Assembly: GCA_903831455.1 (NCBI GenBank)
Contig: CAIKXV010000027.1
Coordinates: 39,208-103,207 of the forward strand
DNA length: 64,000 bases
Source of the DNA: an uncultured Pseudomonadota bacterium
GTDB lineage: Bacteria; Pseudomonadota; Gammaproteobacteria; Burkholderiales; CAIKXV01
Direction of reading: 5' to 3'
Positions within the stretch are counted from its first letter, which is position 1, and every line of letters begins with the position of its first letter. Positions 1 through 9,511 of the stretch are shown here, in pieces. Under the pieces are notes generated by a model. That model was not told where the DNA came from. It saw only the letters and a program-made list of their open reading frames with translations, and ran no database searches. Position numbers and translations under genes: made by a program.

Positions 1-1
1 G

Positions 2-484
2 ACCGGCATCGCCGACCCCACGGGCCGCGTGTTCCGCTGGCGCGCCAACGGCGCGCTCGACCGGCTGTGCACCAACGTGCCCAGCCCCAACGGCATCACC
101 CTCTCGACGGTCGAGAAGCACTGCTACGTCGGGGTGACGCGATCGAACTCGGTGTGGCGCCTGCCGCTGATGCACGACGGCTCGATCTCCAAGACCGGCG
201 TCTGCATCCAGCTCTCCGGCGGCGTCGGTGGCCCCGACGGCATCGAGATGGACGGCGAGAACGGCCTGCTCGTCTGCCAGCTGGGCATCGGCGTGTGGCG
301 CTTCGACTCGAACATGCTGCCCACCCACCTGATCCACTCGGACAACCCGCACCATCACCACCTCGCCAACATCGCCTTCGGCGGGCCCGACCTGAAGACG
401 CTCTACATCACCGAGTCGCTCTCCGGCGACATCCTGATGGCCAAGCTGCCGGTGGCCGGCAAGCGCATCTACGGCCTGAGCTGA
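2..484 (+). CDS. SMP-30/gluconolactonase/LRE-like beta-propeller protein, C-terminal part (5' end lies outside the window)
   Basis: The frame is open from the window edge. The translation ([29 protein letters not shown] ... [16 protein letters not shown]) resembles the last blades of SMP-30/gluconolactonase family proteins. Stop at 482-484. Confidence 0.7.
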   Translation, partial: TGIADPTGRVFRWRANGALDRLCTNVPSPNGITLSTVEKHCYVGVTRSNSVWRLPLMHDGSISKTGVCIQLSGGVGGPDGIEMDGENGLLVCQLGIGVWRFDSNMLPTHLIHSDNPHHHHLANIAFGGPDLKTLYITESLSGDILMAKLPVAGKRIYGLS

Positions 485-564
485 TACGCGCCACCCCTCC
501 AACCCACCAGCCGTCACGCGGCACCGGCGCCCGACGCCGGGCCGCGCTCGACCGGAGTACTTCC

Positions 565-1485
565 ATGAAGAAGATCCAGAGCGTGCTCATCTACGGCTAC
601 GGCGTGATGGGCCGCGGTGTCGCCCGTACCTTCGCCGCGAACGGGTTCGACACCACGGTGCGCTCGGCCCGCGCCGCCTCGCTGACCGACCTGCCCGCGG
701 GCGTGAAGGCCGTGTCCGAACTCCCGGCACGGGCCGCCGACCTCGTCATCGAGCTGGTGCCGGAGGACGTGCCCACCAAGCAGAAGGTCTTCGCCGAGAT
801 CGAGGCGGCGTGGCGCGGCCAGGACTACCTGATCGGCACCGGCACCTCGGGCCTCGACCTGGTCGAACTTGCCCGCACGCTGGAGGCGCCGGAGAAGTTC
901 CTCGGCGTGCACTACTTCATGCCCGCGGATACCGCGCCGGTGGTCGAGGTGATGGGCGGACCGGCCTCCTCGCACGAGTCGGTCGACAGCGTCGCCGATG
1001 CGCTGCGTCGCTCGGGCAAGGAAACCGTGGTGCTGTATCGACCGATCGTCGGTTTCCTGGTCAATCGGCTCCAGCACGCGATCCTCAACGAAGCCTACTA
1101 CCTGATCGAGAACGGCGTGGCGGATGCAGCCGCGATCGACCATGCGGCTCGCCGGCTGCTGGCGCCGCGCATGTGCCTGAACGGCCTGATCCAGCAGAAG
1201 GACATCAGCGGCCTGAAGATCCACGCCGAGGCGCAGGCCTCCATCGTGCCCGAGCTGTTCCACTCCGGGGTTCCCAACCCGATGCTGCAGTCGATGGTCG
1301 CGCGCGGCGAGACCGGACTGGGGGCCGGTCGCGGCTTCTACGACTGGGCCGGCTGCGACGTCGATGCGGTCCGCCGCCAGGCCTCGGCGCAACTCTCCGC
1401 GCTGCTCGAGTTCATCGACCGCGGCCTGCCCGCCGCGCTGCCTGGAACCTCGCCGCGCCCGCGCGACCCGCGAGAGCCGTCCTGA
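565..1485 (+). CDS. 3-hydroxyacyl-CoA / 3-hydroxybutyryl-CoA dehydrogenase family protein
   Basis: ATG at 565. Rossmann motif [14 protein letters not shown], plus [15 protein letters not shown] and GxGRGFYDW motifs typical of the HBD family. The Arg/Pro-rich upstream extension of ORF 67..1485 is rejected. Confidence 0.85.
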   Translation: MKKIQSVLIYGYGVMGRGVARTFAANGFDTTVRSARAASLTDLPAGVKAVSELPARAADLVIELVPEDVPTKQKVFAEIEAAWRGQDYLIGTGTSGLDLVELARTLEAPEKFLGVHYFMPADTAPVVEVMGGPASSHESVDSVADALRRSGKETVVLYRPIVGFLVNRLQHAILNEAYYLIENGVADAAAIDHAARRLLAPRMCLNGLIQQKDISGLKIHAEAQASIVPELFHSGVPNPMLQSMVARGETGLGAGRGFYDWAGCDVDAVRRQASAQLSALLEFIDRGLPAALPGTSPRPRDPREPS

Positions 1486-3341
1486 GCGGGCCCTCGCGGC
1501 CCGCTGCGGGCGCCGGAGGCGCCGCCCGCAGCGCCGCATCCCGGGCAGCGCTCGAAGTTCTTCGCACGACGTTCGGCCACCGCGACTTCCGCGGCCACCA
1601 GGCGGAGGTGGTCGAGCACCTGACCGCTGGCGGGGATGCACTCGTGCTGATGCCCACGGGCGGCGGCAAGTCGCTCTGCTACCAGATCCCGGCGCTGATC
1701 CGGCAGGGCACCGGCATCGTGGTGTCCCCCCTGATTGCGCTCATGCAGGATCAGGTCGACGCGATGCGGGTGGCCGGCGTGCGTGCCGCATGCCTCAACT
1801 CCGCGCTGCCCGCCGAGGAGGCGCAGCAGGTGGAGCGCGACTTCGAGCGCGGCGAACTCGACCTGCTCTACGTGGCCCCGGAGCGGCTGCTCACCGGCCG
1901 CTTCCTCGAGCGCCTCTCCCGCGCGCGCATCGCGCTGTTCGCGATCGACGAGGCGCACTGCGTATCGCAGTGGGGACACGACTTCCGCCCCGAATACCTC
2001 GGGCTCGGGGTGCTTCACGAGCGGTACCCGGGCGTTCCCCGGATCGCGCTCACCGCGACGGCCGATGCGGTCACGCGCGCGGAGATCGTCGAGCGGCTCG
2101 CGCTGCAGGACGCGCGGGTCTTCATCTCCAGCTTCGATCGACCCAACATCCGCTACGAAGTGGTCGAGAAGGACGGCGCGCGCGAACAACTCGCCGGCTT
2201 CCTGCGTGCCGGGCATCGGGGCGAGGCGGGCATCGTGTACTGCCAGTCGCGGCGGCGCGTGGAGGACACGGCGCAGTGGCTGGTCGGGCTGGGCGTGAAG
2301 GCGCTGCCCTATCACGCGGGACTGGAGGCCGATGTGCGTCGACGCCACCAGGAGCGCTTCCAGCGCGAGGACGGGCTGGTGATGGTGGCCACCGTGGCCT
2401 TCGGGATGGGCATCGACAAGCCCGACGTGCGCTTCGTCGCACACCTCGACCTTCCGCAGAGCCTCGAGGGGTACTACCAGGAGACCGGCCGGGCCGGTCG
2501 TGACGGGGACCCCGCTCAGGCCTGGCTGGCCTACGGCCTGTCCGACGTCGTGATGCTGGCCGGGCGCATCGATGCCTCGTCGGCCCCGGACGAGGTCAAG
2601 CGGATCGAGCGCCAGCGGCTCGACGCGATGCTCGGCTACTGCGAGACCACGCAGTGCCGACGACAGGTGCTGCTCGCCTTCTTCGGGGAACAGGCGGGGC
2701 CCTGCGGCAACTGCGACAACTGCCTGCAGCCGCCCGCGACCGTCGACGCCACCATTCCCGCCCGAAAGCTGCTCTCCGCCGCGCTGCGCACCGGCCAGCG
2801 CTTCGGGGCGGGACACCTGATCGACGTGCTGCGTGGCCGAGCGACCGAACGGGCCCAGCGGCTGGGCCACGATACCCTGCCCACCTTCGGCGTCGGCCAC
2901 GAGTTCGACGACACCGGCTGGCGCGCGCTCGTGCGCCAGCTGCTGGCCTCGGGCCATCTGCGGGCCGATCCCGATCGCCACGGCGCGCTCGAACTCACCG
3001 CGGCCGCCCGGCCGCTGCTGCGAGGCGAGATCACCCTGCAACTGAGGCAACCGGCCCGCCGGGCGCCGTCGGCTCGCGCACGCGGCGGCACGCGCAAGCC
3101 GCTGCCCGCCGACGCCGACCCGGCGCTCTTCGAGGCGCTGCGCGAGTGCCGGCGCCGGCTGGCATCGGCCCAGGGCGTTCCGCCCTACGTGATCTTCCAC
3201 GATGCCACGCTGATCGAGATCGCACGCGAACGTCCCGCGACGCTCGAGCAACTGCGGCAGGTCGGCGGCGTGGGCGAAGCGCGGCTCGCCCGCTACGGGG
3301 AGGCCTTCCTCGCGGTGATCGCCGGGCACGCTCCCGGCTGA
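1482..3341 (+). CDS. recQ: ATP-dependent DNA helicase RecQ
   Basis: [10 protein letters not shown] (motif 0), [15 protein letters not shown] (Walker A), [17 protein letters not shown], zinc-binding CRRQ...CGNCDNC, and a C-terminal HRDC-like [16 protein letters not shown]. The start is uncertain because there is no in-frame ATG/GTG/TTG. CTG 1482 overlaps the upstream TGA. Confidence 0.9.
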   Translation: MSGPSRPAAGAGGAARSAASRAALEVLRTTFGHRDFRGHQAEVVEHLTAGGDALVLMPTGGGKSLCYQIPALIRQGTGIVVSPLIALMQDQVDAMRVAGVRAACLNSALPAEEAQQVERDFERGELDLLYVAPERLLTGRFLERLSRARIALFAIDEAHCVSQWGHDFRPEYLGLGVLHERYPGVPRIALTATADAVTRAEIVERLALQDARVFISSFDRPNIRYEVVEKDGAREQLAGFLRAGHRGEAGIVYCQSRRRVEDTAQWLVGLGVKALPYHAGLEADVRRRHQERFQREDGLVMVATVAFGMGIDKPDVRFVAHLDLPQSLEGYYQETGRAGRDGDPAQAWLAYGLSDVVMLAGRIDASSAPDEVKRIERQRLDAMLGYCETTQCRRQVLLAFFGEQAGPCGNCDNCLQPPATVDATIPARKLLSAALRTGQRFGAGHLIDVLRGRATERAQRLGHDTLPTFGVGHEFDDTGWRALVRQLLASGHLRADPDRHGALELTAAARPLLRGEITLQLRQPARRAPSARARGGTRKPLPADADPALFEALRECRRRLASAQGVPPYVIFHDATLIEIARERPATLEQLRQVGGVGEARLARYGEAFLAVIAGHAPG

Positions 3342-3489
3342 GCCTGGGCGCGGCCTCGCGCGCGCCATCGGTGCACGCCGCCCCGACCCGGGAGCGGATC
3401 GCAGGCGAGGCGCGGCGAACGCGGCTCGCGTAGACTCCTGCCCACGGGTCGCGGCACGCTCCCGCGGCCGGCGCGTGGGGAGGAGTCAC

Positions 3490-4371
3490 ATGCAGACACG
3501 GATGCTGGGCCCGGGCTTCGGCGCCGAGGTGCTCGGGGTGGGACTGGCCGACGTCGTGGACAGCGACGCGGCGCGCGATGCGGTGCGCGAGGCGTTCGAC
3601 GCCTACTCCGTGCTGCTCTTTCGCGGACAGCAGGTCACCGACGAGCTGCAGGCGGCGTTCTCGCGGCGCTTCGGTCCGCTCGAGACGGGCAAGGTCGCCT
3701 CGCTGGGCGAGGGCACGCCGTTCTCGATCCTCACCAATGTCGATCGTGCGACCGGCGCGCTGGTCGCGCCCGACCACAAGGAGTCGCTGCGCGCGCGCGC
3801 CAACCAGTTGTGGCACACGGACAGCTCGTACAAGCGCGAGCCCGCGGTCGCCTCGGTGCTGTCGGCCCGGGTCATTCCTCCCGCGGGCGGCGAGACCGAA
3901 TTCGCCTCGCAGCGCCTCGCCTGGGACCGGTTGCCCGCCGAGGTGCGCGAGCGCCTGCACGACGCGTTTGCCTGGCACAGTTACTCGCACTCGCGCGACC
4001 AGATCGCGCCCCACCTGGCCTCGGCCCGCGAGCGCGAAGCGATGCCCCCGGTGTGCTGGCGCATCCGCTGGCGGAATCCGGCCAACGGGCGCGACTCGCT
4101 GTACATCGCCTCCCACACCAGTGCGATCGAAGGGCTCGCGCCGGCCGAGGGCACCCGGCTGCTGGCCGAACTGATGGACCACATCACCGCCGAGGGCCAT
4201 ACCTGGCTGCATCGCTGGCAACCCGGCGACGTGGTCATGTGGGACAACCGCTCGACCCTGCACCGGGGACGCCCCTGGCCCGCCACCGACCATGCGCGGC
4301 TGATGGTCCGCACCACGATCACCGCGACCGCGGCCGACGGTGTCGACGCACTGCGTCCGCTGAGGCACTGA
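3490..4371 (+). CDS. TauD/TfdA-family Fe(II)/2-oxoglutarate dioxygenase
   Basis: ATG 3490 lies 4 nt after GGGGAGGAG. WHTDSSY (HxD iron ligands) and a C-terminal WDNRSTLHRG motif are characteristic of TauD/TfdA. Confidence 0.85.
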   Translation: MQTRMLGPGFGAEVLGVGLADVVDSDAARDAVREAFDAYSVLLFRGQQVTDELQAAFSRRFGPLETGKVASLGEGTPFSILTNVDRATGALVAPDHKESLRARANQLWHTDSSYKREPAVASVLSARVIPPAGGETEFASQRLAWDRLPAEVRERLHDAFAWHSYSHSRDQIAPHLASAREREAMPPVCWRIRWRNPANGRDSLYIASHTSAIEGLAPAEGTRLLAELMDHITAEGHTWLHRWQPGDVVMWDNRSTLHRGRPWPATDHARLMVRTTITATAADGVDALRPLRH

Positions 4372-4560
4372 GTCCGGCGCGGCCGCCCCCCCCCGGCGGC
4401 GCGCGCGACGCCAGCCGCCGCCTGCGCCCCGGGGGCCTCGAACGCCCGGGCGAGTCGCGCGCGGCTCGCAGCGCATGCGCTGTCCGACACGATACGGGCG
4501 CGGCGGCCGAGCACGCGTGACCACGCGCGCGATCGTCCGCGCCTGCCCTACCATCGCACC

Positions 4561-5886
4561 ATGGCCCGCCCCTTGCCGCTCGAGCCCCGCGTTCCCGCCG
4601 CCGGCCACCGCGTCGCCTCGTCGCGACCGCGGCGCGGCGGCCTGCTCGTGCTCGCGCTGTGCACCCTCCTGTCCGCCTGCGGGATGCGCGAGGCGGCCGA
4701 GCCTGCCCGGCCCTCGGGGGCCCCGCGACTGCCGGGCAGCGCGGACACGCCGCTCGCCCAGCCGCCGACCGAACTGGCGTCGCTCGGGCGCGCGCTGTTC
4801 TTCGACACCCGCCTCTCGGAGCCGCCGGGACAGTCCTGCGCCAGCTGCCATGACCCGCGCTGGGCGTTCGCCACCCCGCGCGATCGCACGCAGGCGGGCG
4901 TCACCCCGGGCGCCGTACCCGGGCGGTTCGGGGCCCGCAACGCGCCGTCCCTGATGTACGCGGCGCTGGTGCCTCCGCCTCGCTACGACATCGAGCGCGG
5001 GACCGTCGTCGGCGGACTGCTGCTCGACCAGCGCGCCGAATCCCTGGAGGCGCAGGCCGCGCACCCGCTGTTCAATCCCCTGGAGATGGCCAACACCTCG
5101 CCCGCGGCGCTGGCGGAGCGGTTGCGCAGGGCGCCGTACGCGGCCGAGTTCCGGCGCATCTTCGGGCCCGGCGCACTCGACGACCCGGGACGCCTGGTCG
5201 GCTACGCCACCCGCGCGCTCGCGGCGTTCCAGCGAACCGCCGACTTCATGCCGTTCAGCTCCAAGTACGATGCGGTGGTGGCTGGCCTCGCCGCCTTCAG
5301 CCCCGCCGAGGCCCGCGGCTTCGAGGTGTTCAGGGATCCGGCGCGAGGCGACTGCGTGCAGTGCCATGCGATCGACCAAGGCCCCGGCGGACGCTCGCTG
5401 TTCACCGACTTCAGCAGCCACAACCTCGGGCTGCCACGCAACCCGGCCAACCCCCACTACGGGCTGCCGCCGTCGCTGAACCCGCAGGGCGCGCAGTTCG
5501 TCGATCGCGGCGTCGGGGCCGATCCGCGCCGCCCCGGACTGGACGGCCGGTTTCGCGTGCCCACGCTGCGCAACATCGCGATCACCTCGCCGTACATGCA
5601 TCACGGCGGGTTCTCCTCGCTGGGCGAGGTCGTGCGCTTCTACGCGACGGCCTGCCTGCCGGGCAACCCGGCAGGATGGGACCCGCCGGAGGTCGACGGG
5701 CGCGACTGCCGGCGCTTCGCCCGTCCGGCCCTGAGCCCGCGCGACAGCGCGGACCTGGTCGCCTTCATGTACGCGCTGACCGACGGATGGTTCGATCCCC
5801 TCACGGGCGCGCCCGGGTACATCCAGCAGAGCGCCGCGACAGAGGCGCAGATCGATGCGCCACCCCGTCCACGAAGCGGGCGCTGA
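4561..5886 (+). CDS. di-haem cytochrome c peroxidase (CCP/MauG family), probable lipoprotein
   Basis: Two CxxCH haem motifs (CASCH, CVQCH). Lipobox-like LLSAC after a hydrophobic N-terminus. Conserved FRVPTLRNIAITSPYMHHG near the C-terminus. Confidence 0.8.
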   Translation: MARPLPLEPRVPAAGHRVASSRPRRGGLLVLALCTLLSACGMREAAEPARPSGAPRLPGSADTPLAQPPTELASLGRALFFDTRLSEPPGQSCASCHDPRWAFATPRDRTQAGVTPGAVPGRFGARNAPSLMYAALVPPPRYDIERGTVVGGLLLDQRAESLEAQAAHPLFNPLEMANTSPAALAERLRRAPYAAEFRRIFGPGALDDPGRLVGYATRALAAFQRTADFMPFSSKYDAVVAGLAAFSPAEARGFEVFRDPARGDCVQCHAIDQGPGGRSLFTDFSSHNLGLPRNPANPHYGLPPSLNPQGAQFVDRGVGADPRRPGLDGRFRVPTLRNIAITSPYMHHGGFSSLGEVVRFYATACLPGNPAGWDPPEVDGRDCRRFARPALSPRDSADLVAFMYALTDGWFDPLTGAPGYIQQSAATEAQIDAPPRPRSGR

Positions 5887-5896
5887 CGCTTCCCGC

Positions 5897-6403
5897 TCAG
5901 CGGCTGCCCACGGCCCTGCGCACCACCACTTCCTCGAACTCGAGCGCCGCGCCCAGCCCGCCCGCGGCCGACAGCTCGGCGCGCAGCACCGTCACCGGTC
6001 GCGGCAGCCCCTCGCGCACGATGCGATCGGGCACCTGGATCACCAGCCTGAGCGTCGGCCCGGTGGTGCCCTGCTCGAGGTAGTCGATCGTGCGCACGCC
6101 CGCGCAGTCGGCCGTACCCTTCGCCGGCTCCCAGTAGCGCCGATCGACGAGCTGGCTGCCCTCGATGCGGTTCAGGACCAGCGTGGCCTTCTCGAGCGAG
6201 GACTCGACCAGCAACCGGAGCATGCGGTCGCCGGCCAGCGCCACGTAGGTCCCCTCGGGCACCGGTTGCACCGCGGCGCACGCGGCGGTGCCCTGCGCTC
6301 GCGGCGACGACGCCGGGAGCAGCAGCACCGCGCCCAGGCCGACGAGCAGGCGACGCCTCGCGCGGACGGCATCGGCGAGCCGATGCGGGACAGCCGTGCT
6401 CAT
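5897..6403 (-). CDS. hypothetical exported protein (168 aa)
   Basis: N-terminal RARRRLLVGLGAVLLLPASSPRAQG looks like a Sec/Tat signal. High third-position GC. The start overlaps the upstream gene stop (ATGA at 6400-6403). I recognise no family. Confidence 0.55.
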   Translation of the reverse strand: MSTAVPHRLADAVRARRRLLVGLGAVLLLPASSPRAQGTAACAAVQPVPEGTYVALAGDRMLRLLVESSLEKATLVLNRIEGSQLVDRRYWEPAKGTADCAGVRTIDYLEQGTTGPTLRLVIQVPDRIVREGLPRPVTVLRAELSAAGGLGAALEFEEVVVRRAVGSR

Positions 6404-7293
6404 CGCAGCCGGGTGATCAGGCTGGAGGTGTCCCAGCGACCACCGCCCGCCTGCTGGACATCGAAGTAGAACTGGTCGACCAGCGCCGTCACCGGCAGCA
6501 GCGCGCCGTTGCGGCGCGCCTCGGCCAGCACCAGCCCGAGATCCTTGCGCATCCAGTCGACCGCGAATCCGAAGTCGAACTCGCGGCGCACCATCGTGCG
6601 GCCGCGATTGTCCATCTGCCAGCTCTGTGCCGCGCCCTTGCCGATCACGCCCAGCACCGTGTCCATGTCCAGGCCGGCCCGCTGGCCGAAGGCGACCGCC
6701 TCGGAGAGTCCCTGCAGCAAGCCCGCGATCGCGATCTGGTTCACCATCTTCGCGAGCTGTCCGCTGCCCGTCGCACCCAGCAGCGTCACGGCCTGCGCGT
6801 AGGCCCCGATCACCGGGGCCACCCGGTCGAAGACCGCGCTATCGCCACCGCACATCACGGTGAGCTTGCCGTTCTGCGCGCCGGCCTGTCCGCCGGAGAC
6901 CGGCGCGTCGATGAACGCGAGGCCGCGCGCCTGCGCGATGCCCGCCAGCTCGCGCGCCACGTCGGCCGACGCGGTGGTGTGGTCGACGAAGACCGCGCCA
7001 TCCTTCATGCCCGCGAAGGCGCCCTGCTCGCCCAGTACGACGGCGCGCAGATCGTCGTCGTTGCCCACGCAGGCGAAGACGATGTCGGCGCCCTCGGCCG
7101 CCTCGCGCGGCGTGGCGGCCGCGCGTCCGGCGTGCTGCTCGACCCAGCGCCCGGCCTTGGCCGCGGTCCGGTTGTAGACGGCAACGGCATGGCCCGCGGT
7201 GGCGAGATGGCCGGCCATCGGGTAGCCCATCACCCCCAGGCCGAGGAAGGCAACCCGCTGCGCGGGCACCGGTGCATCGCTGTTCGCTGTCAT
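6400..7293 (-). CDS. NAD(P)-dependent beta-hydroxyacid dehydrogenase (3-hydroxyisobutyrate dehydrogenase family)
   Basis: VAFLGLGVMGYPMAGHL Rossmann motif, DAPVSGG, and GxGxxxKMVNQ typical of the HIBADH/tartronate semialdehyde reductase family. ATG 7293 is preferred because GGGGAG lies 7 nt upstream. The alternative start is 7332. Confidence 0.85.
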   Translation of the reverse strand: MTANSDAPVPAQRVAFLGLGVMGYPMAGHLATAGHAVAVYNRTAAKAGRWVEQHAGRAAATPREAAEGADIVFACVGNDDDLRAVVLGEQGAFAGMKDGAVFVDHTTASADVARELAGIAQARGLAFIDAPVSGGQAGAQNGKLTVMCGGDSAVFDRVAPVIGAYAQAVTLLGATGSGQLAKMVNQIAIAGLLQGLSEAVAFGQRAGLDMDTVLGVIGKGAAQSWQMDNRGRTMVRREFDFGFAVDWMRKDLGLVLAEARRNGALLPVTALVDQFYFDVQQAGGGRWDTSSLITRLR

Positions 7294-7421
7294 CGCATCA
7301 CTCCCCAGGGCCCCGGAGACCGGCGGAGCCACCCGTCATGCCTGTCGACCACGCCCGAGGCGGTACGCATCCCGGGCGACCCGTCCGTCGTTCGCGCTCG
7401 CCCGCGCGGCGGGCCGGCGGA

Positions 7422-8528
7422 CTACAGCGCGCGCCGATAGCGCTCGACCTTCGCCTCGTCGACCTCGACGCCGAGCCCTGCCCCCTGCGGTACCTCGGCA
7501 TGCCCGTCGACCACCCGGACCGGGCGCGCGACGATATCGTCGGCGAGGTACTGGTTGGTGATCGACAGCCCCCAGTCGAGGTTGGGCAGTGCCGCGGCCA
7601 GGTGCAGCACGCCCGAGATGCCGATGCTCGACTCGGCCACCTTGTTCGCGAGGTTCACCCGCATGCCGAGGCGATCGCACAGGCGCCCCGCCTCCCAGAC
7701 GGCGCGCATGCCGCCGAGCTTGATCGTCTTCAGGCTCACGCCGCTCGCGGCCTTGAGCCGATGGTGGCGTTCGATGTCGTCGAGATCGTGGAGGCCCTCG
7801 TCGGCGCCGATCAGCAGCGCACCTGCCGCCGCCACGCGCGCCATCCCGGCCAGGTCGCGCGAGCGGACCGGCTGCTCGAAGAAATCCAGCCGCGACCCGG
7901 ACATCGCGCGCACGTAGTCGAGCGCCTGCTCCACGCTGTAGCCCTGGTTGGCATCGGCCGAGATCAGGTGGCCCTCGCCCAGAGCGTCGCAGATCGCCCG
8001 CGAGCGCCGGGCCTCCTCGAGCGGGTCGCCGGTGCCGACCTTGATCTTCCAGGCGACGAATCCCGCCGCCTTGCGCGCCTCGACCTCGGCCACGTCCCCG
8101 GCCTGCGAGCCGGTGCCGATCAGCCAGAGCACGGCCATCCGGTTGCGCCGCTGCTCGCCGAACAGCCGCCAGGCCGGCACGCCGGCCGCCTTGCCGGCGA
8201 GATCCCGCAGGGCCATCTCGATGGCGGACTTCGCCGCGTGGTTGCCGTACAGCGCGAAGTCCCAGTGCGCCTCGATCGCATCGATGTCGGCGGCCTCGCG
8301 CCCCTCGATCGCAGGGGCGAGGTAGCGGGCGGCCGCGACCATGCTCTCGACGGTCTCGCCGGTCATGTGCGGGGCCGAGGCGGCCTCGCCCCAGCCCACG
8401 GCGCCGTCGACCGTCTCCACGCGCACCAGCAGGTTGTCGGCGGAGCGGATCTCCACGCCCGCCATCTTCATCGGCTTGGCCATCGGCAGCGCGACGGCGA
8501 TCGCCTCGACCTTCCTGATCGTTGCCAT
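7422..8528 (-). CDS. mandelate racemase / muconate lactonizing enzyme family (enolase superfamily) protein
   Basis: MATIRKVEAIAV... start at 8528. KIKVG, the DANQGY ... FFEQP ... GADE metal-ligand pattern, and the capping-domain N-terminus are typical of the MR/MLE subgroup. Confidence 0.85.
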   Translation of the reverse strand: MATIRKVEAIAVALPMAKPMKMAGVEIRSADNLLVRVETVDGAVGWGEAASAPHMTGETVESMVAAARYLAPAIEGREAADIDAIEAHWDFALYGNHAAKSAIEMALRDLAGKAAGVPAWRLFGEQRRNRMAVLWLIGTGSQAGDVAEVEARKAAGFVAWKIKVGTGDPLEEARRSRAICDALGEGHLISADANQGYSVEQALDYVRAMSGSRLDFFEQPVRSRDLAGMARVAAAGALLIGADEGLHDLDDIERHHRLKAASGVSLKTIKLGGMRAVWEAGRLCDRLGMRVNLANKVAESSIGISGVLHLAAALPNLDWGLSITNQYLADDIVARPVRVVDGHAEVPQGAGLGVEVDEAKVERYRRAL

Positions 8529-8578
8529 TGCGGTTTCCCTGTCGTCGTGAACCGGGCGACCGATCGTCGCCCGCGCGC

Positions 8579-9367
8579 TCAGCCGCGAAGCGGCTCGCGC
8601 TGGAACTCCATCGAGAAGGTGAAGCGGCGCTCGGGGTGCACCGTCACCGAATTTTCGAAATTCTCCCCGTCCCCGCCATAGTAGCGGCGCACGAAGGTCA
8701 GCGCCGGGGACCCAGCCGCCACGTCGAGCGCACGCGACAGTCGCGCCGGCACGCGCGTGGCCGCCACTTCGAACCGGGCTCGCGCGGTGCGCACGCCGAA
8801 CAGGCGCTCGATCTGCTGGTGGACGTGCGTCTGCGCATGGTCGGGAGCGTCGACCACCTGCCGGTAGCGCGGCTGCACGTAGATGTCCGTCCATCCAAGG
8901 GGCTCCGGCGAGGAGGGGGTCCGGCGCAAGGCGCTGATGCGAAACCACGGCGCACCCGGGGGGCAGTCGAGCAATCGGGCGAGCGCCTTGTCGGCGCATA
9001 CGAGTCGGTGCCCGACATTGACCCTGAACGTATCGGCCGGATAGTTCATGAGTTCCTCGACCGAACTCACGCTCTGCGTGAACGCGGTGGGAGGCTCGGA
9101 GGCAACGACCACCGAGCCGGCCCCGGGTCGCCGTACGACCAGCCCGCGCTCGGTGATCGTGCGCAACGCCTCGCGCACGGTGTGGCGGCTGGCGTCGAAA
9201 CGCCTGCACAGTTCCAGTTCGGGGGGCAGCAGCCCGCCGACCGGCAACACCCCGGTGCGGATCTCCTCGGCGAGCTGGTGCGTGATCGCCTGGTACAGGG
9301 GGGTCGCGCCGCGGCTGCGCGAGCGTCCCGTCACCGCCTGATCGTCATCCGACTGCGTCGCATCCAC
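8579..9367 (-). CDS. GntR-family (HutC/UTRA-type) transcriptional regulator
   Basis: Winged-HTH LPPELELCRRFDASRHTVREALRTITERGLVVRRPGAGSVV followed by a roughly 170-aa effector domain. The start is ambiguous between GTG 9367 and GTG 9334. Confidence 0.8.
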   Translation of the reverse strand: MDATQSDDDQAVTGRSRSRGATPLYQAITHQLAEEIRTGVLPVGGLLPPELELCRRFDASRHTVREALRTITERGLVVRRPGAGSVVVASEPPTAFTQSVSSVEELMNYPADTFRVNVGHRLVCADKALARLLDCPPGAPWFRISALRRTPSSPEPLGWTDIYVQPRYRQVVDAPDHAQTHVHQQIERLFGVRTARARFEVAATRVPARLSRALDVAAGSPALTFVRRYYGGDGENFENSVTVHPERRFTFSMEFQREPLRG

Positions 9368-9434
9368 TGCACGCTGCCCCGGCCGCCGCCACCCTCGGCC
9401 GCGGCATGGTCGAGCACACCGCGGTATCGCTTCG

Positions 9435-9455
9435 ATGGTACCATTTGTCCGTACA
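9435..9455. promoter_or_regulatory. candidate GntR operator / promoter core in a divergent intergenic region
   Basis: An AT-richer island in a GC-rich spacer. It holds the perfect palindrome ATGGTACCAT (9435-9444) directly followed by TGTCCGTACA (9446-9455, 8/10 palindromic, GT..AC type). Confidence 0.35.
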
Positions 9456-9511
9456 TTTGCAGCAGCGCGCGCCGACGCGGCGCGCACCATCACCACGAGG
9501 AGCGAAGCACG

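Noticed and set aside
67-564. N-terminal extension of the dehydrogenase ORF (67..1485). The same applies to the long upstream extensions of ORFs 810.., 8522.., 17000.., 33500.., 36849.. and 44985..
   Set aside because: The extensions overlap upstream genes, are Arg/Pro-rich, and precede internal starts that align with the family N-termini and usually have an SD.
4549-4554. TACCAT hexamer 6 nt upstream of the cytochrome c peroxidase ATG, as a third leaderless-start candidate
   Set aside because: It matches TATAAT at only 4/6 positions, has no -35, and such hexamers occur by chance. The start codon of this lipoprotein is itself not certain.
3031-5604. 857-aa minus-strand ORF covering the TauD and cytochrome c peroxidase genes
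   Set aside because: It is a low-complexity off-frame ORF. Both plus-strand genes have diagnostic motifs (HxD, CxxCH x2).
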